Shown here: piece by piece, positions 26,093 through 39,192 of the stretch | How positions within the stretch are numbered: the stretch's first letter is position 1 | Layout: each line of letters begins with the position of its first letter | Source: Nageia nagi | Taxonomy: Eukaryota; Plantae; Pinophyta | DNA: 64,000 nt | Assembly: GCA_050084985.1 (NCBI GenBank) | Contig: JBITNC010000001.1 | Span: forward strand, 147,188,001 to 147,252,000 | Direction of reading: 5' to 3' | Translations under genes and position numbers: made by a program | The notes under the pieces: model-generated | The model's input: only the letters and a program-made list of their open reading frames with translations | Databases searched by the model: none | What the model was told of the DNA's origin: nothing

Positions 26093-27228
26093 GCAAGTAA
26101 AAGGAGACCTATGAAGCAAATAAAGGGATAACCAAAAGGGCATGGGCCCCCCTTCTTGGTCCCAATGGGTAGCAAAAAAATACATGTTATGTTACTTTAG
26201 CCTTTACATTTAAAAAGAAAAAATGGTAATTCCGTTGATATCATTGTAATGAAACTAGCAAAAGTGCTTTTAACCTTATGCAAAAATTTTTGGTGCTACA
26301 ATCATATATAGACTCTATAGGTAAATGGGCTTTTCTCAAATCAAGACTTAAAGTCATTGTGGATGATTATGCTACACCAAGAATGGATCATATATAATAT
26401 TCTAGATGATAACATTGTATGTTTGAGAAGAGAACATTTTTGTTATGAAAGTGGGGTTTATATTTTGATCCTCACAAGTAGAGCATATTGAAGATACCCA
26501 TTTATACTTTAGAATGATAAAATTATAATTAGAATTGCAAGAGAAATACAGGTTGCTATTATCAATGATAAAGATACTTAAGTAATATTATATATTATGT
26601 ATGTCCATTTATGTAGTAGTATTTATGTGTATGTTGAGTTACCCCAATCCATTGATCTTATTTCAAATATTGTTGAATAATTTCAATTTTTTAAATATAA
26701 GAAACCTATTTAGCCCTATAAGAATCTTAAAATGAGAGGATATCTATCAAGCCAATACCTAAACAAGATAATTTCCCAAATAATTAAATAAATATGGTAG
26801 ATGAATTAAATAACTCGAGAAGCATAAGATGATAATTATAATCACTTGATAAGGAAAGGAGAAAAGGAATATGGATGGTTAATGATTCATATAAATATGG
26901 TAGAGAAGGATTAAGCTCCATTCCATGGTAGTATTCCTCAAGAGTAGAAAAATGATTTCACAACCCAAAATAATTTTGATAGTTTAAGAGAGGATATCAT
27001 TCAAGAAGTCCATAAATCAATTGACCTAGCTTTTGATATTCAAGTAGTTATAGGAACTTAATGGAATTCATAGGCACTTAAAAAAAACTCATATTAGACC
27101 AACTCTAGATGTGGAGGTGGTTCAAAAAATATAAGAGATTGAGAGAAAAAAATAGTTTTAAATAATATTTCCCAACTAATAAGGTTAAATTAGATTAAAT
27201 CACTTTAAGCCCAATAAGGTTACAAGAA
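26093..27228 (+). mobile_element. L1-type LINE ORF1 relic, copy 2 (continuation of ~21475-21634)
   Basis: Homologous to 7716-8057. It then reads MFEKRTF..KWGLYFDP..SILKIPI..RIAREI..LPQSIDL..GYLSSQY (decayed zinc knuckle). Confidence 0.5.
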
Positions 27229-29570
27229 TGTAGCATCACCACTTATTCCTATCTTTAAAAAAATACTAAAATTCTAGACCTATTTTTTTAATCAATATTT
27301 AGCACCAAAATGATTTAGAAACAAATAAAGGTGATTCACATGGGCATGTCTACATTGCTAGCTAGTTGATATCCACATAGAAAGATTTATCAAATCCAAA
27401 TTAATCAAACCCATGAGAATATTTATGGAGTTCACTTTCTCAATGTACACATTATTGGGAAGATGCTACATATGTGATACCAATATTTCACTAATTATAC
27501 TATAGACATTTTGATCACAATGTAGTGGTTTTCTACTTAGGGCCCATATCGCCTAAGAGGACACTCATCCATAAGCTTATACATATAAACTTATGAAACA
27601 TCATCTATATCAATAGTGCAAGTAAGATTATCATAAATATTTCTTTCACATGATATGAGTATAGCATCATCACCTTATAAAATAGTCATCATACCCCTAT
27701 GTGCTTAACTATAGGGAATATGACCAAAAGTTTGCCTCACCTAATAACCATGATTTTGTTAGATACTACCCTTATATGATAACCTATCAAGGGATATAGA
27801 ACACTAGCCTACCAATATCTATCATTTAGGTCCATCACATTTCTTGAAATCCATGTGCCCATATCTTGGGGAACCACAGTTAGTTTGTTCATACTAACAA
27901 TAATATCCTTATGTGATTGGTATAAATCTAATCATTTTATTAAATAAATTTTAGAATGAAACACCACCCAACTATATTATTCTAACATATATTTAGCATT
28001 GAGCCAAATAATTATCTTCTATGTTTGATTTCTTGATTAAAATACAAGCCATGATATTTTCACATTCCTAATCATATCAAACATAATTATGTGCCATAGA
28101 ATACTTCATAAACATATATTTATGTTCAAAAGAAATAAGTCTAATACATTTTACATAATTCTAATTAAATCATATAAAATATAATTCTAAATTCAAATAT
28201 TAAATCTTTAAATGAAAGTAATTCATTTTGTTCATTTGTAAATAATAAGCTCAAGCATTCTCATGAAGGTAAATCTAATATAAGATATAGTACTACAAAT
28301 AAATATATCATACACATGAATCAATAAGAAGAATATTAATTTATAAAAATACTACTACAAAATGGTAGTAACAAATCTTGCATACCACAAAATATGATTA
28401 CTCTTAGCAAGGGAGTGAAATACAAAGTAGTCATCATAGATAGAATAATTTTATGATAGGGACTCTTTACCATTTATTGAAAATACAACATGGATTTGTC
28501 TATTGTTATCATATTATTTTAAGAAAGTATTAGATTCACATAAATAAAACCAATCCAATGAATTTCAATCGACCAGTATCTAAAGGTTATACCTTGTTAG
28601 CAACTATATAATTGACATTTAACTTTTACATATTAATTCTCAAATAATTATCAAAACAAATAATGAGTATATAACATTTGACTTCAACCTATAAGTTAAT
28701 TTTGTGATTATCACATAGAAAATATAGTATACACTATAGCCTTCTTATTATTTATTCACTAATTAAATTATCTATGAGCATAGTTTAATTTTCTTGTTTG
28801 TCGTTCATAATATTCAATCAATCTTATTACTATCAAATAATTTGCAAACAAATCTACATCACCATGAACTTTTGTAAGTTATTTACTATGTTTCATAATC
28901 ATCATTAAAAGTTTTACTTTATATTTCATAAATCACTATTAGATGAATACCTTTAATCAACTTCACTTGTACATATTTTATATAATTTCTTTAACAATAT
29001 TATAACATCGTAGTATCATTTGGTATATTCAACTCTATTAGTATTCTTTACCTATGTAACATAATTTATTTATTCATCATATTTAAATAATTAGTTTATA
29101 TTCTTTATTTCAATATCTCTTATTACATTTCTATGTTTACTACTCACTACATTAATCTCAAACATATGATTTCTATGTTTGAAAAATACAATACAAACCA
29201 AGATCTATAATTTAAATGAGTGATTTTGTTTTCAAAATAATGCTTTGATTAAACTCTATCCTTTTATAGGTGAAATCAAGAAGTTGTGTCCACTTGAAGA
29301 AGAAGTATGGGTGAGAAATTTGTAGTGGGAAATATAGAGATCTTGATATAAAATACATCAAGATCCAAATTTTTTAAACAACTTTGTGATCCTACTATAG
29401 GATTAGAATACTAAACCAAATTGGGATCCTAATATTTTGGGATCCTAAAATCATTAAAAACATAAATATCATACCTTCCCTTTCCCCTTTACCATTCTCC
29501 CACCAATTTCATTGCCCCTTCCCCTTCTCCATTTTGTTACTCTTCATTTCAAATATGCATAACTATTACA
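27229..29570 (-). mobile_element. LTR fragment related to family A
   Basis: Starts TGTAGCATCACCACTTATTCC and contains 'atgtagtggttttctacttagggcccatatc', which is shared with the LTR at ~53848. No matching TSD was found, so the ends are uncertain. Confidence 0.5.
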
Positions 29571-29788
29571 TTGAGGGTGGAGATGTAGGATATCGTGAAG
29601 ATGAAATTAATGAAATAATTAGGAGGATGAACTAGTACTACTTTTGAACCATAATTTTATTTAAATATAATAATCCTACTTAAATACATGAGGTGTGTCT
29701 TATTTGTTATGAATTACATATTAAATAAAATAATCTCTTGAGAAAATAAATTTTATCAAAAACAAAAAAAAAAAAAAACTATTAACCA

Positions 29789-30657
29789 TGATAGAAGAAG
29801 AACAAAACATGCAAGATCAAAGATAACACAACATATAATAAGGTTCATCCAATATGGGCTACATCCTCATAGAAACACTAATCCTTTGTTTTAGCATCAA
29901 TACAATGCACATGTAAGAGAACATTCCTACAACACAACCAATTGCAACTTCCTCTCTGAAATCCACTAACATATCTCCATGAGTTTATCTTACTCGCATG
30001 CAATCACCATGTTGTGATCAACATGCAAAATACCTTTATATATAACAAGATCTACACCAAGCTCTATATTCTCCTATGTCCAACCTATAACATACACATT
30101 ATTGATTTCTAAGGATCTATATTATGATCTTATTACATTGATCTAGCACTGATCACATTGAGCCTACCCCTATAAATACTATAAGATTCTAATCTTCAAC
30201 ATTATAATACTATCAATCTATGAATTTCTAAACCTAGAATTCATCCTCTAATGGATGCACTACCTAATACCTCTTAAGATAATTAATTTCATAATAATTC
30301 TTCTCATAGAGGCTTACATAAAAAGGAATTCATAATTCCATGCAACCATTAGATATATAAGTATAATAATAGCAACATACAAGATCTAATGCTTAGAATA
30401 GACTCTTCTTAAAATTAAAAATGCTCAACTGGCACTTCCAATATAAACTTAATTGAGTATTTCAAGATCCACAACTAATAATCTCCCACTTGAAGATTAA
30501 AACATAGAAACTCTATTATTGTTGCATCCATTAAATAATATCCACAAGCAAAATAAGGAATTTCAACTCCTCTAGATTATTGTATCCATTCTTTGAACCA
30601 TCACTAATATCATCCACACACTTTGTCCTTTGATAAAAAAGAAATACATAATCTTAC
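29789..30657 (-). mobile_element. Probable Ty1/Copia LTR plus 3' internal stub
   Basis: A copia-type PPT appears on the minus strand ('atctcccacttgaaga', 30481-30496), with a copia-LTR-like end ('gataacaca..aggttcatccaatatgggctacatcc'). It is cut at 30658 by the next element. Confidence 0.45.
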
Positions 30658-30829
30658 TATTAGTACACCTATAAAGGTACCAAATTTTTACAAATAATTT
30701 TATACATTTGCACCAAAAACCTAATGCAAATAGCTTTAAAAATATTGTAAATTATGTTAACTAGTTTGTACATCTTATTTTTTTAATTTTTACCTCTGAA
30801 AGTCTTAAAAGGGTCAAATTTTCTTATCT

Positions 30830-31105
30830 ATGTAAGGGACTATTCCACTGCATAACATTTATATTGACTACATAAGGCTCATTTTGACTACATAAGGCCT
30901 ATTTCCTTAACTACATAAGATTTTCTTCCTTCACATAAGGGTTATGTAGTTCATATAAACATCATTTTATCAGTATAAGCCCTATAGCCTTTGTAAAGAC
31001 ATAATTGAGGTCTTCACATAAGGTACCTTTAATCTACATAGGCCCTATACTATGCACATAAATCATTTTCTCTCTACATAAGCCCTAACTATTCTACATA
31101 AGACC
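30830..31105 (+). repeat. Degenerate ~20-21-bp 'CTACATAAG' minisatellite in the family-B 5' LTR
   Basis: About a dozen cataag cores occur at regular spacing. A counterpart is present in the 3' LTR. Confidence 0.8.
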
Positions 31106-31183
31106 TTTAAGCAATCATTGGAGACCATAAAAATAGGGGAATGAATTCCAATTTGAAAATAGAGTTTTACAAGTAATTCCAAA

Positions 31184-34100
31184 TGTAATGCATCCACTTA
31201 TTTTCACCAACAAAAACCCTAAATTTTAGACCTAATTTTTTTAATTAATATAACACTTGATATTCTAGGAATAAGCCAAGTGATCTCAAATGAGCTTAAT
31301 AGTGTTGCTAGATAATTCAACACTCACATGGTAAGATTAGTCAAGAACCTAGGGTAACCAACCTTGATAAAGTTTTCTAGTGTTCACTTTTCAACACTCA
31401 CCATGTTGAAAAGACACCTCAAAAGTAATCTCACCATTCCTATTCCATGTCCTATGTGCAATAGGCTTTCTGGTTACAACATAGCAATTTTCTACTTGGG
31501 TTCCATAAAACTTGAGAGACTACACTTCCACTAAGTTAGTCATCATCTCCTAATTATAACTTTCCATCTCATAGGAGTAGTTAACTTTTCCTAGGTAAGT
31601 TTCCTTATGAGTAGTTAGTGTTGTTTATGGAATAATAATCATACCCATATCTACTAACTACAAGTGGTATGAATACTAGTTACCCTCACTTGAAAATAGT
31701 ATTTTTTCTGATTTCTATCTCCACCTAACTCACCTATCAAAGGATATGAGTACTAACCAATCTATAACTATTGGTTAGTCCCACCATTTGGTTCAGCTTC
31801 CCCAAGCCCATAACTTGGGGAGCCATAGATATTAAACAGTATCCTCGAGTGGTTATTTAGTCTAATTTATTTTTAAGTTTATTGATAAAAATAACCACCC
31901 ATGTCTTACTGATCATAAACTAATATTTTCAAATAGTGAAGTGAGTATAAGACACCATTCATCTTTTCCCATGAGGTATACATTGAAAGTTTTGACTATA
32001 GGCTTACTCAAGAAGACACATGTTTTCTTGTTTTTCCCATATGCATTGTATCATGTATATGAAACTACTTTTTAAAATATATCTTGCATACATAAAGTAG
32101 CAATTTATGAGGAAATATCTATTTGCTATTGATACAAAAGTAATGCAACTCTGAATGGTCCTCACACAAAGAATATTTATTTTATTTTTCATCTAGCATG
32201 GTAGGTTTAATTGGTGAAGGTTCTTCACCATTTTTCTTGCATTCATTTGAAAAGATCTTTAATGATTCTATTTATCCTATTGGGTCCTATTGATATCCAA
32301 TTTGATCCCAAGGATTCCTAAAATATCCAAAATGATCACAAATTATCATTTGAAACCTTAACTCTAGTTTAGGGTTGATTCTAAGTTTTTGAAATAATTT
32401 TGGATTTATCATGATTAACAACCTAATACATCTACAACTACTATCTAAAAAGTATTAATCCTTACTCCTTTTTACCAAAGCATTAATCTTAACATCTAAT
32501 AATCATGATGTAGTTCTTAAAGAGAAAGCAAAATCATCTACCTTTACTTTATCATTCAATATACTAATAAGAGATAAATACAACATAATCCTCATTAAGC
32601 ATTTCTAAGTTAATAATCAATTACAAGAAGTTTGAATACATATTATAACTTCATTTTTCAACATCTAGAGTAATGACATAGCTTCTATAAACTTATTACA
32701 AGAATATTATTACATCATAAGGATAATACATTAATTTTGTAACTCATCATCATCATATTGTAATACAAATATAGTTTAGTATGTTATTTAGTAATTCATT
32801 CTTTTCCTTGTCATGGGACACACCCAATGATATTCAAGCGATGAGTATCAAGCATCTCTATCATTCTTCAAGCAATAAGCATCAAACATCCCTTGGAACT
32901 TGGTGGGTGGATCAAGTACTAAGAAGGAGGAGGATCAGGACATCCCTTTATATTTTATGATCATAATGCAATGCATTCATTAACTTAAGACCTCAAGAGG
33001 ATTTTAGGTCCTATTTGGACTACCTCTCTTCCTTGGTTGTGAATCAACTTATACTTCACATATAAATACAAATTTTCATTCTTATAAATGTCAAAACATT
33101 TAAATCTCCCTTTTTCTTTTATAACCCTTTTTTGTATTGATAATTATGGTGTTATTAATAATTATAATTCATTCCATGAATTTATTTCAAATAAATAATA
33201 ATAAGTATACAATCACTATATACAAAATTCTCTATGCTTAATTACTCAATAATCTTATTATTAAATGAAAGTTTATCTCAAATTCATGGTATGAATCTAT
33301 CTAATGACATTCTCTTAATGGAAAGGTATGCATAGTTTATATATACGTATACTAATCTTAACTCATAAGGTGTTTTGATAAAAATTCTTCACTCTTTTTT
33401 TGATAAAGCTACTAATAATGTTTGTAGAATGAGATCAAAGGTAAAGTAAAATCTGCATCTAGCATGTAATTATTTTGCAAATAGGGAAGTAATTCTAGAT
33501 CATGGCAACCCCCAAGGATCAGATTTAAGACTAGTATCTATGAATTTATTAATAGAATAAGAAAAAGATGCTAACCATGTTCATGCGCACCATAGATGCA
33601 AAAGATAGAGTTTCACTCAAAATGTACTATGCTTTCTTTAATAAATGCTTATATTAGGGAAGTATAATAACAAATTCCCAAAATAAATCTTTAGATAACA
33701 TTAAATTGATTGTTATATAAAGTCTCACACAAGATTTAGTCAACTCAAAGCCATGGAAATTCATAATCAAACTTTGCAACCATCATCAACATTCTTCTAG
33801 CCTTCTTGGGGATTTTAGAGAAACAACAGACAATGATTCATCAAGATGTTGTTGAAAAATAATGGATCTCACATTTGATTTTATTATGGGTATGTAAAAC
33901 TTAAGAATCTAAGAAGCGTAGGATCTAGAATGATGACAAGATATGCATAGAAGGCATTGGAAGAGATGCAAAAATAAAGCATCAATCTAAACTCTACAAT
34001 AGCATGTGCTATTGAATGAATACATAGAATATGTATGGAAAAATATTAAAGAGTACTTAAATTTAGATTAATCAAATCTTGTACGTGTGATACTACCAAG

Positions 34101-35792
34101 CATTTAAATTTTCTTGACATATTTTCATAGATCCAAGACACTATCTTGATGTTCAAAAATATTTGCAATTTCATTTTAATGGCAACATAAGGATTTGAAA
34201 TTTTGTAATAAATGTGATAATCTCAAATAAGCTATGAGTATTCTTGCTATACCATTGGTAATCAAACTTGAATTTGAGAAAAAATAATAGGATTCTAAAG
34301 TTCTATTGAAAGCAAAATCTCATACGACCAAAAGGGCACATAAAAAATAGTCTAATCAATTAATAAAGCTATTTTTCAATATTGTACTTAAACCCAATAG
34401 GATTTAAATGATATTTATTACTTTATTTCTCTTTTAAAGATAATAATATAGACCCTACATAATGATATCTCTATTTCAAAAAAAGAATACTATTAATAGT
34501 TATTAGTTTTATTAATATTTATCCTTAAACCATATTTATTCTCTTCAACATACTCAACAATTATAAAGAGTCTTATCATATCTACTCATTAACGAAAATG
34601 AATAGAAGGAAAATATATTACATATTTTTACTTTTAAGAGAAAATACAAAAATACAAAGTACCACCCTTTACATGCAACTTGTAAAACAAATAAATTGAT
34701 ATATATATCTCTTCAGATTATATATGACCTCTATCAATCATTAAATTCCATGCATCTTTAACCATCAATCCTTTCATACAACTCATTTAAAATATGACTA
34801 CTTTAATTAAGCATTTTAGAAATGCAAAAGAATGCACCTAAGTATGAAGAGGAAAAGAGAGACTTCTTTTCTTCACGTAATCCAAGCTTGAAGATAACCA
34901 AAAATGAAATAACAAGAGATAGATAGATAGGGAGGTAGGTATTTTTCTAATTCTCCTCTCCCTTTTTTATAGCTAAAGGAGTTCAAGTGTGTCCAAATGT
35001 ATGTATCCTCATACCTTCAATAATTTTTTGGTAGATTTTCCTAAAGTTGTAAATGATTGTAATGATATTTAATACTTTAGAACCTTCTTCATTAATTGAT
35101 AATTTAGTGCCAACTCTTATCCATACCTAACATAAGAAAACAAAACTAAGTAGGGTCATTACTCTATTATTTTGCTAGCTATTAAATATTTTGTAATACC
35201 TCTAGGAGTCCTTAGTCTCTATATAATAGTGTTTTTACTATTAGCCCTATGTGGCAATAATATGGACATTCATATTCAACTATTACCCCACTAAATTTAT
35301 TTTTGTAACCTTATAATAATTTTTAAAATTTAACCAAAGGTATATATCCTTTTTTCCTCCTTTTCAAAATTCAAATTTCAAAAATATAAAATAAGAGAAA
35401 ACGCACATTTACCTATAATGGTCACCTCATCTTGCAAAGTAAGGTTAATCCATACAGTTTTGCAAACATATTTCGATCAAGAAATCAACAATCACAACAA
35501 TTATCCTACATGCAACTACATGATTTACGATGGTCATAGGGTGTGTTAGTGAATTAATGCCAATCATTTCTTCCTCTTACCCTTATGTTCCCATCACCAA
35601 TTCACCTTTGGTTTGTAGGGTATTTGGATCGATTCTCCATCCTATGACCTATATCAAAACATCTCGAAGCCAACATAAAATTATCATAAATAACACATAC
35701 TCCCTTATCAAATTTATCATTACCAAAACATCATTCATTCAAATCCTTCATGCTATTCGAGCTCAAACCATGTCTTGAGGTGCATCGTGACA
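31184..35792 (-). mobile_element. Solo LTR of the Tekay family (A) carrying a PPR fragment
   Basis: TGTAATGCATCC...GCATCGTGACA termini with a perfect TSD CCAAA (31179-83; 35793-97). Extensive similarity to 53554-57611. Minus-strand TATAAAAA at 34964-34971. Confidence 0.92.
33320..34100 (+). pseudogene. Degraded PLS-class PPR fragment inside the LTR
   Basis: Reads THKVF-DKI (~33361), TIINILLAFLGILEKQQTMIHQDVVEK (~33779) and MMTRYA*KALEEMQK*SINLNSTIACA (33930). Confidence 0.7.
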
Positions 35793-38700
35793 CCAAAGTA
35801 CCAAGAAATATAGACAAGGATGTACAAAGTTAAAATACCCTTTCATAGTGATAAAGCAAGTAAATATATATTTCAAAGGAGTTGAGTTAGAAAATTAGGT
35901 TTTAGATTTCAAAGTTGAGCTAAAAGCATAAATTTTAGATCTCTAGAGTCAAATTTTACACTATTCTAATCCTTAATACATGTTATGAGATAGAAAACAT
36001 CAATTCAAAATGAAAAGTAATCAAATTTAAATAGTCTAGAGGATGATAACATAAGAAAGTGGATCCAAAGTATAAAATTGTATTAAGAATAAGGAATCCA
36101 TAGTCTAGAGGATCCAAGTCAATAAAGCAAATTTTGGATCCTGAAAGGAAGAAAATTTACTAACTTTGCATGTATAGAAAAGAGAATACATATTCCAAAT
36201 TATGAGAGTGACATTAACATAGCTACATTGTAGAAGATAGTTCAAAATGCATTCTCCAATGCATAATAAAGGAAATCTACACTTTAGAGAGTACTGACAT
36301 CATCAAGTTTATGAATACCACAAAAACACATTAATTCAAAGGAAATTCATAATCCAAAGAGTAGTGATATCACATGATATCTTAGAAATGCATAAGTATA
36401 AGGATTACAAAAGAATTTGTATTACAAAAAGGTATGATGTAGGGATATCATGTTTGCAACCCATATTCAATCAAAGAAACACTTTACAATATAAATTCAT
36501 CTAAAATATGAATACATTGACTACCTCTATAGTATATCCAAGTATATTTTTACATTCCAAAGTCATTAGTATCAAATAAAAACTTCAAGTTCTAAATTAT
36601 ATCAAATTCTAGAGAGAGAATTTAAATTTCATTGAAGATCTAGTAGAATTGTGTATAACAAATTTCTCTCGAAGAATGGAGAAATCAAAAGCTAGTACCA
36701 AGACCAAATTTTCCCAAATATTTGGTAGAGTGATGTAAAACTAATTCTACTTGAATAGCAATAAAATCAAACTTCTTTGTTTTCTTCAGCACAAATCATG
36801 CTGGTGGTGGTTAATCACACATAATGGTGAAACATATTCAAATTAAACATCTAAATATTCTAATTATGAGATCAAAGTTTTGACCATCCATATTGAAATA
36901 TTCTTGAATAATTCCATTAAAATAATTTATTTTCCTCTATGTTTGATTTTATTAGATTTTCCTGAATCTAGATACATGTCAATATGGTTGAAACTTTGAA
37001 AAACCACATGACATTATATTAGAGTGCAAACGTAAGTCAAGGAACCAAAAATAATTATCGAGTATATGGAAAACTCATTATAGATGTGAATGATATGATA
37101 AGTATGACTCACACACCTAAATTGAAGCTTTAGATATCTTGTAGCATTAATTTATAGTTCTAAACCAAATTTAGATAATTCCAAGACATGCAATCAAAAA
37201 CACCAATTAGAGTTAAAATACCTTTTTAGAGTGAAAAAATAGGTGAATCTAGAGTACAAAATTAGGTCAAAGATATGGAATCCATATTTCATATGGTGGA
37301 TATAATATCAAAATCCTTTGCATTATGGAAGATAGTTCAAAATACACTCTCCATTTCAAATAAAAGGAAGTTCATACTCTAGAGAGTGATGATGTCATCT
37401 TATTATTTTGTAATATGGATTTTTCATTTGTCACTATTAAATGATCCTTCTAGCCCAATTTTAATGTGGATTGCTTTAAGAAGAATGCAAATTCAATTCA
37501 AATTAAAATATCAAGTTTATAAAGCCTCCTTGATCATCAAGTACTCTTCTAGTTGTAGTTACATAGTTTGATCATGAGAAAACCCTTATCTTATCTGGTA
37601 TTAATCTACAACCTAGAGATATGCCATTTTCACAAGAGGAAATTATGCCTATGAGGAGAGTGCTTGAATAAGGAATAAATCCTTTTGTATTATTTGGTTA
37701 GTGGGAATAGTGTATGGATTCATGAAACTATAGTGGAAATGCTCAATTAACAAACACAAATTACAAATTGGATCAGGACTTGCATGAAATATTTGAATGA
37801 TAGAGATGTAAATATCCAAACTAGAATTTTCTCAATCTTATAGGTAAGATAATGAAAGGGACATATTAATCATGTTAAAGGAGTGGAAATAAGTATTTTT
37901 TTGAAATTAAATCAATTAGCTAGTAGTTCATTATAGATTCTTCATGCTTCTATAAATGCCAAAGGAGGAGGAGGATGAAAATATATTTTCTCCATTTTTG
38001 CAACTCAGTTAGCAAGTGTTAGTGTGTTGTTTCAATTATTTTATCTTCTTTATATTTCACTCCTTATCTTCTACACATTCCAATTCAAACCATTTGTTGC
38101 ATGTCATAGGGTAGTCATCAAGCTACAAGATTTCTTATATCATGGACACTTCTGTAGTCCTACTTTTTAGAGTAGATATTTTAGGATAGGATTATATTTT
38201 TATTACAAGTATTGTAGTAGAAAGAGAAATCATTTGTGTTACTATAATTCTATTTTTGTTTTATTAATAACTTGAGTATTTTTATGCTATATGGATAAAG
38301 TTTTTATATTAATGCAAATGTTGATACTTCTTGTTGGTTTTATTCTTATTTCATGTGTTAATGTGCTATGTTCTAGTTATAAGATGTTACATTATTTGAA
38401 TATTTGATGGCTATTCCTCCTAGCATTTAAAAGTTTATCTGTTACATTATTTGAATGGATAAATGTATGAATGCTATATCCTCTTTATTTTATCTTATTT
38501 CCATTGTGTGTGACTTTGTACCCAATGTATAAGAGCATTGATCTACTTGTTAGGTTATTTTTATGAAGATAAGTCTATTTTTATTTCAAAAAAACCATTA
38601 GAATAGGATTACTAGTGAGTTTATTTAAGAGTATCTTAAGTGAACTCATTAGAGGGTTAAATTCCTAGGTACTAAGGGTAAAGATATTCCATGTGATGAG

Positions 38701-39192
38701 GAATAATATCCCAAAAAAGGAGATCATAAGACATGTGTTCTCATATATCTATTGATACCAAGGGGATTTCATACTTAGTGATATTAGTTTGATGAAAATC
38801 AAAGGGGTTTGAAATTCTTTCACAATAGTCTTTCAGCATTCTTACTGGGGAGGAGTCATTTACTTGTCAAATTTATCTTGTTGGAATGATAAAATAACCC
38901 AAAAAAATTCATACCAAGAATGGTATTGGTGATTCTACATACATTAGTTGCTAAGTAAGTGATCAAAGTGGCCAATACTAGGAGCTGAGACTCCCTTTTG
39001 TTCTCATAAGTATCTAATCTTGAAGCATTGTTAAGGAAAAAGATATGCACTTAGTAATTTATTGATTTAAATTCAAGTTATATTATAGGAGCTACATCTT
39101 CTTCTAGTCCTATAGGTTCTACTCCAAATATTTAGTCACCTATTATACCAAGTTCATCTATCTCCCATCCAGATCTTTTTTAGAACCTTCTC

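Noticed and set aside
30830-31105. CRISPR-like look of short repeats with variable spacers (also 42188-42425 and 5665-6092)
   Set aside because: Eukaryotic LTR/gene context, degenerate cores under 10 bp or whole-unit tandem repeats, and no cas genes.
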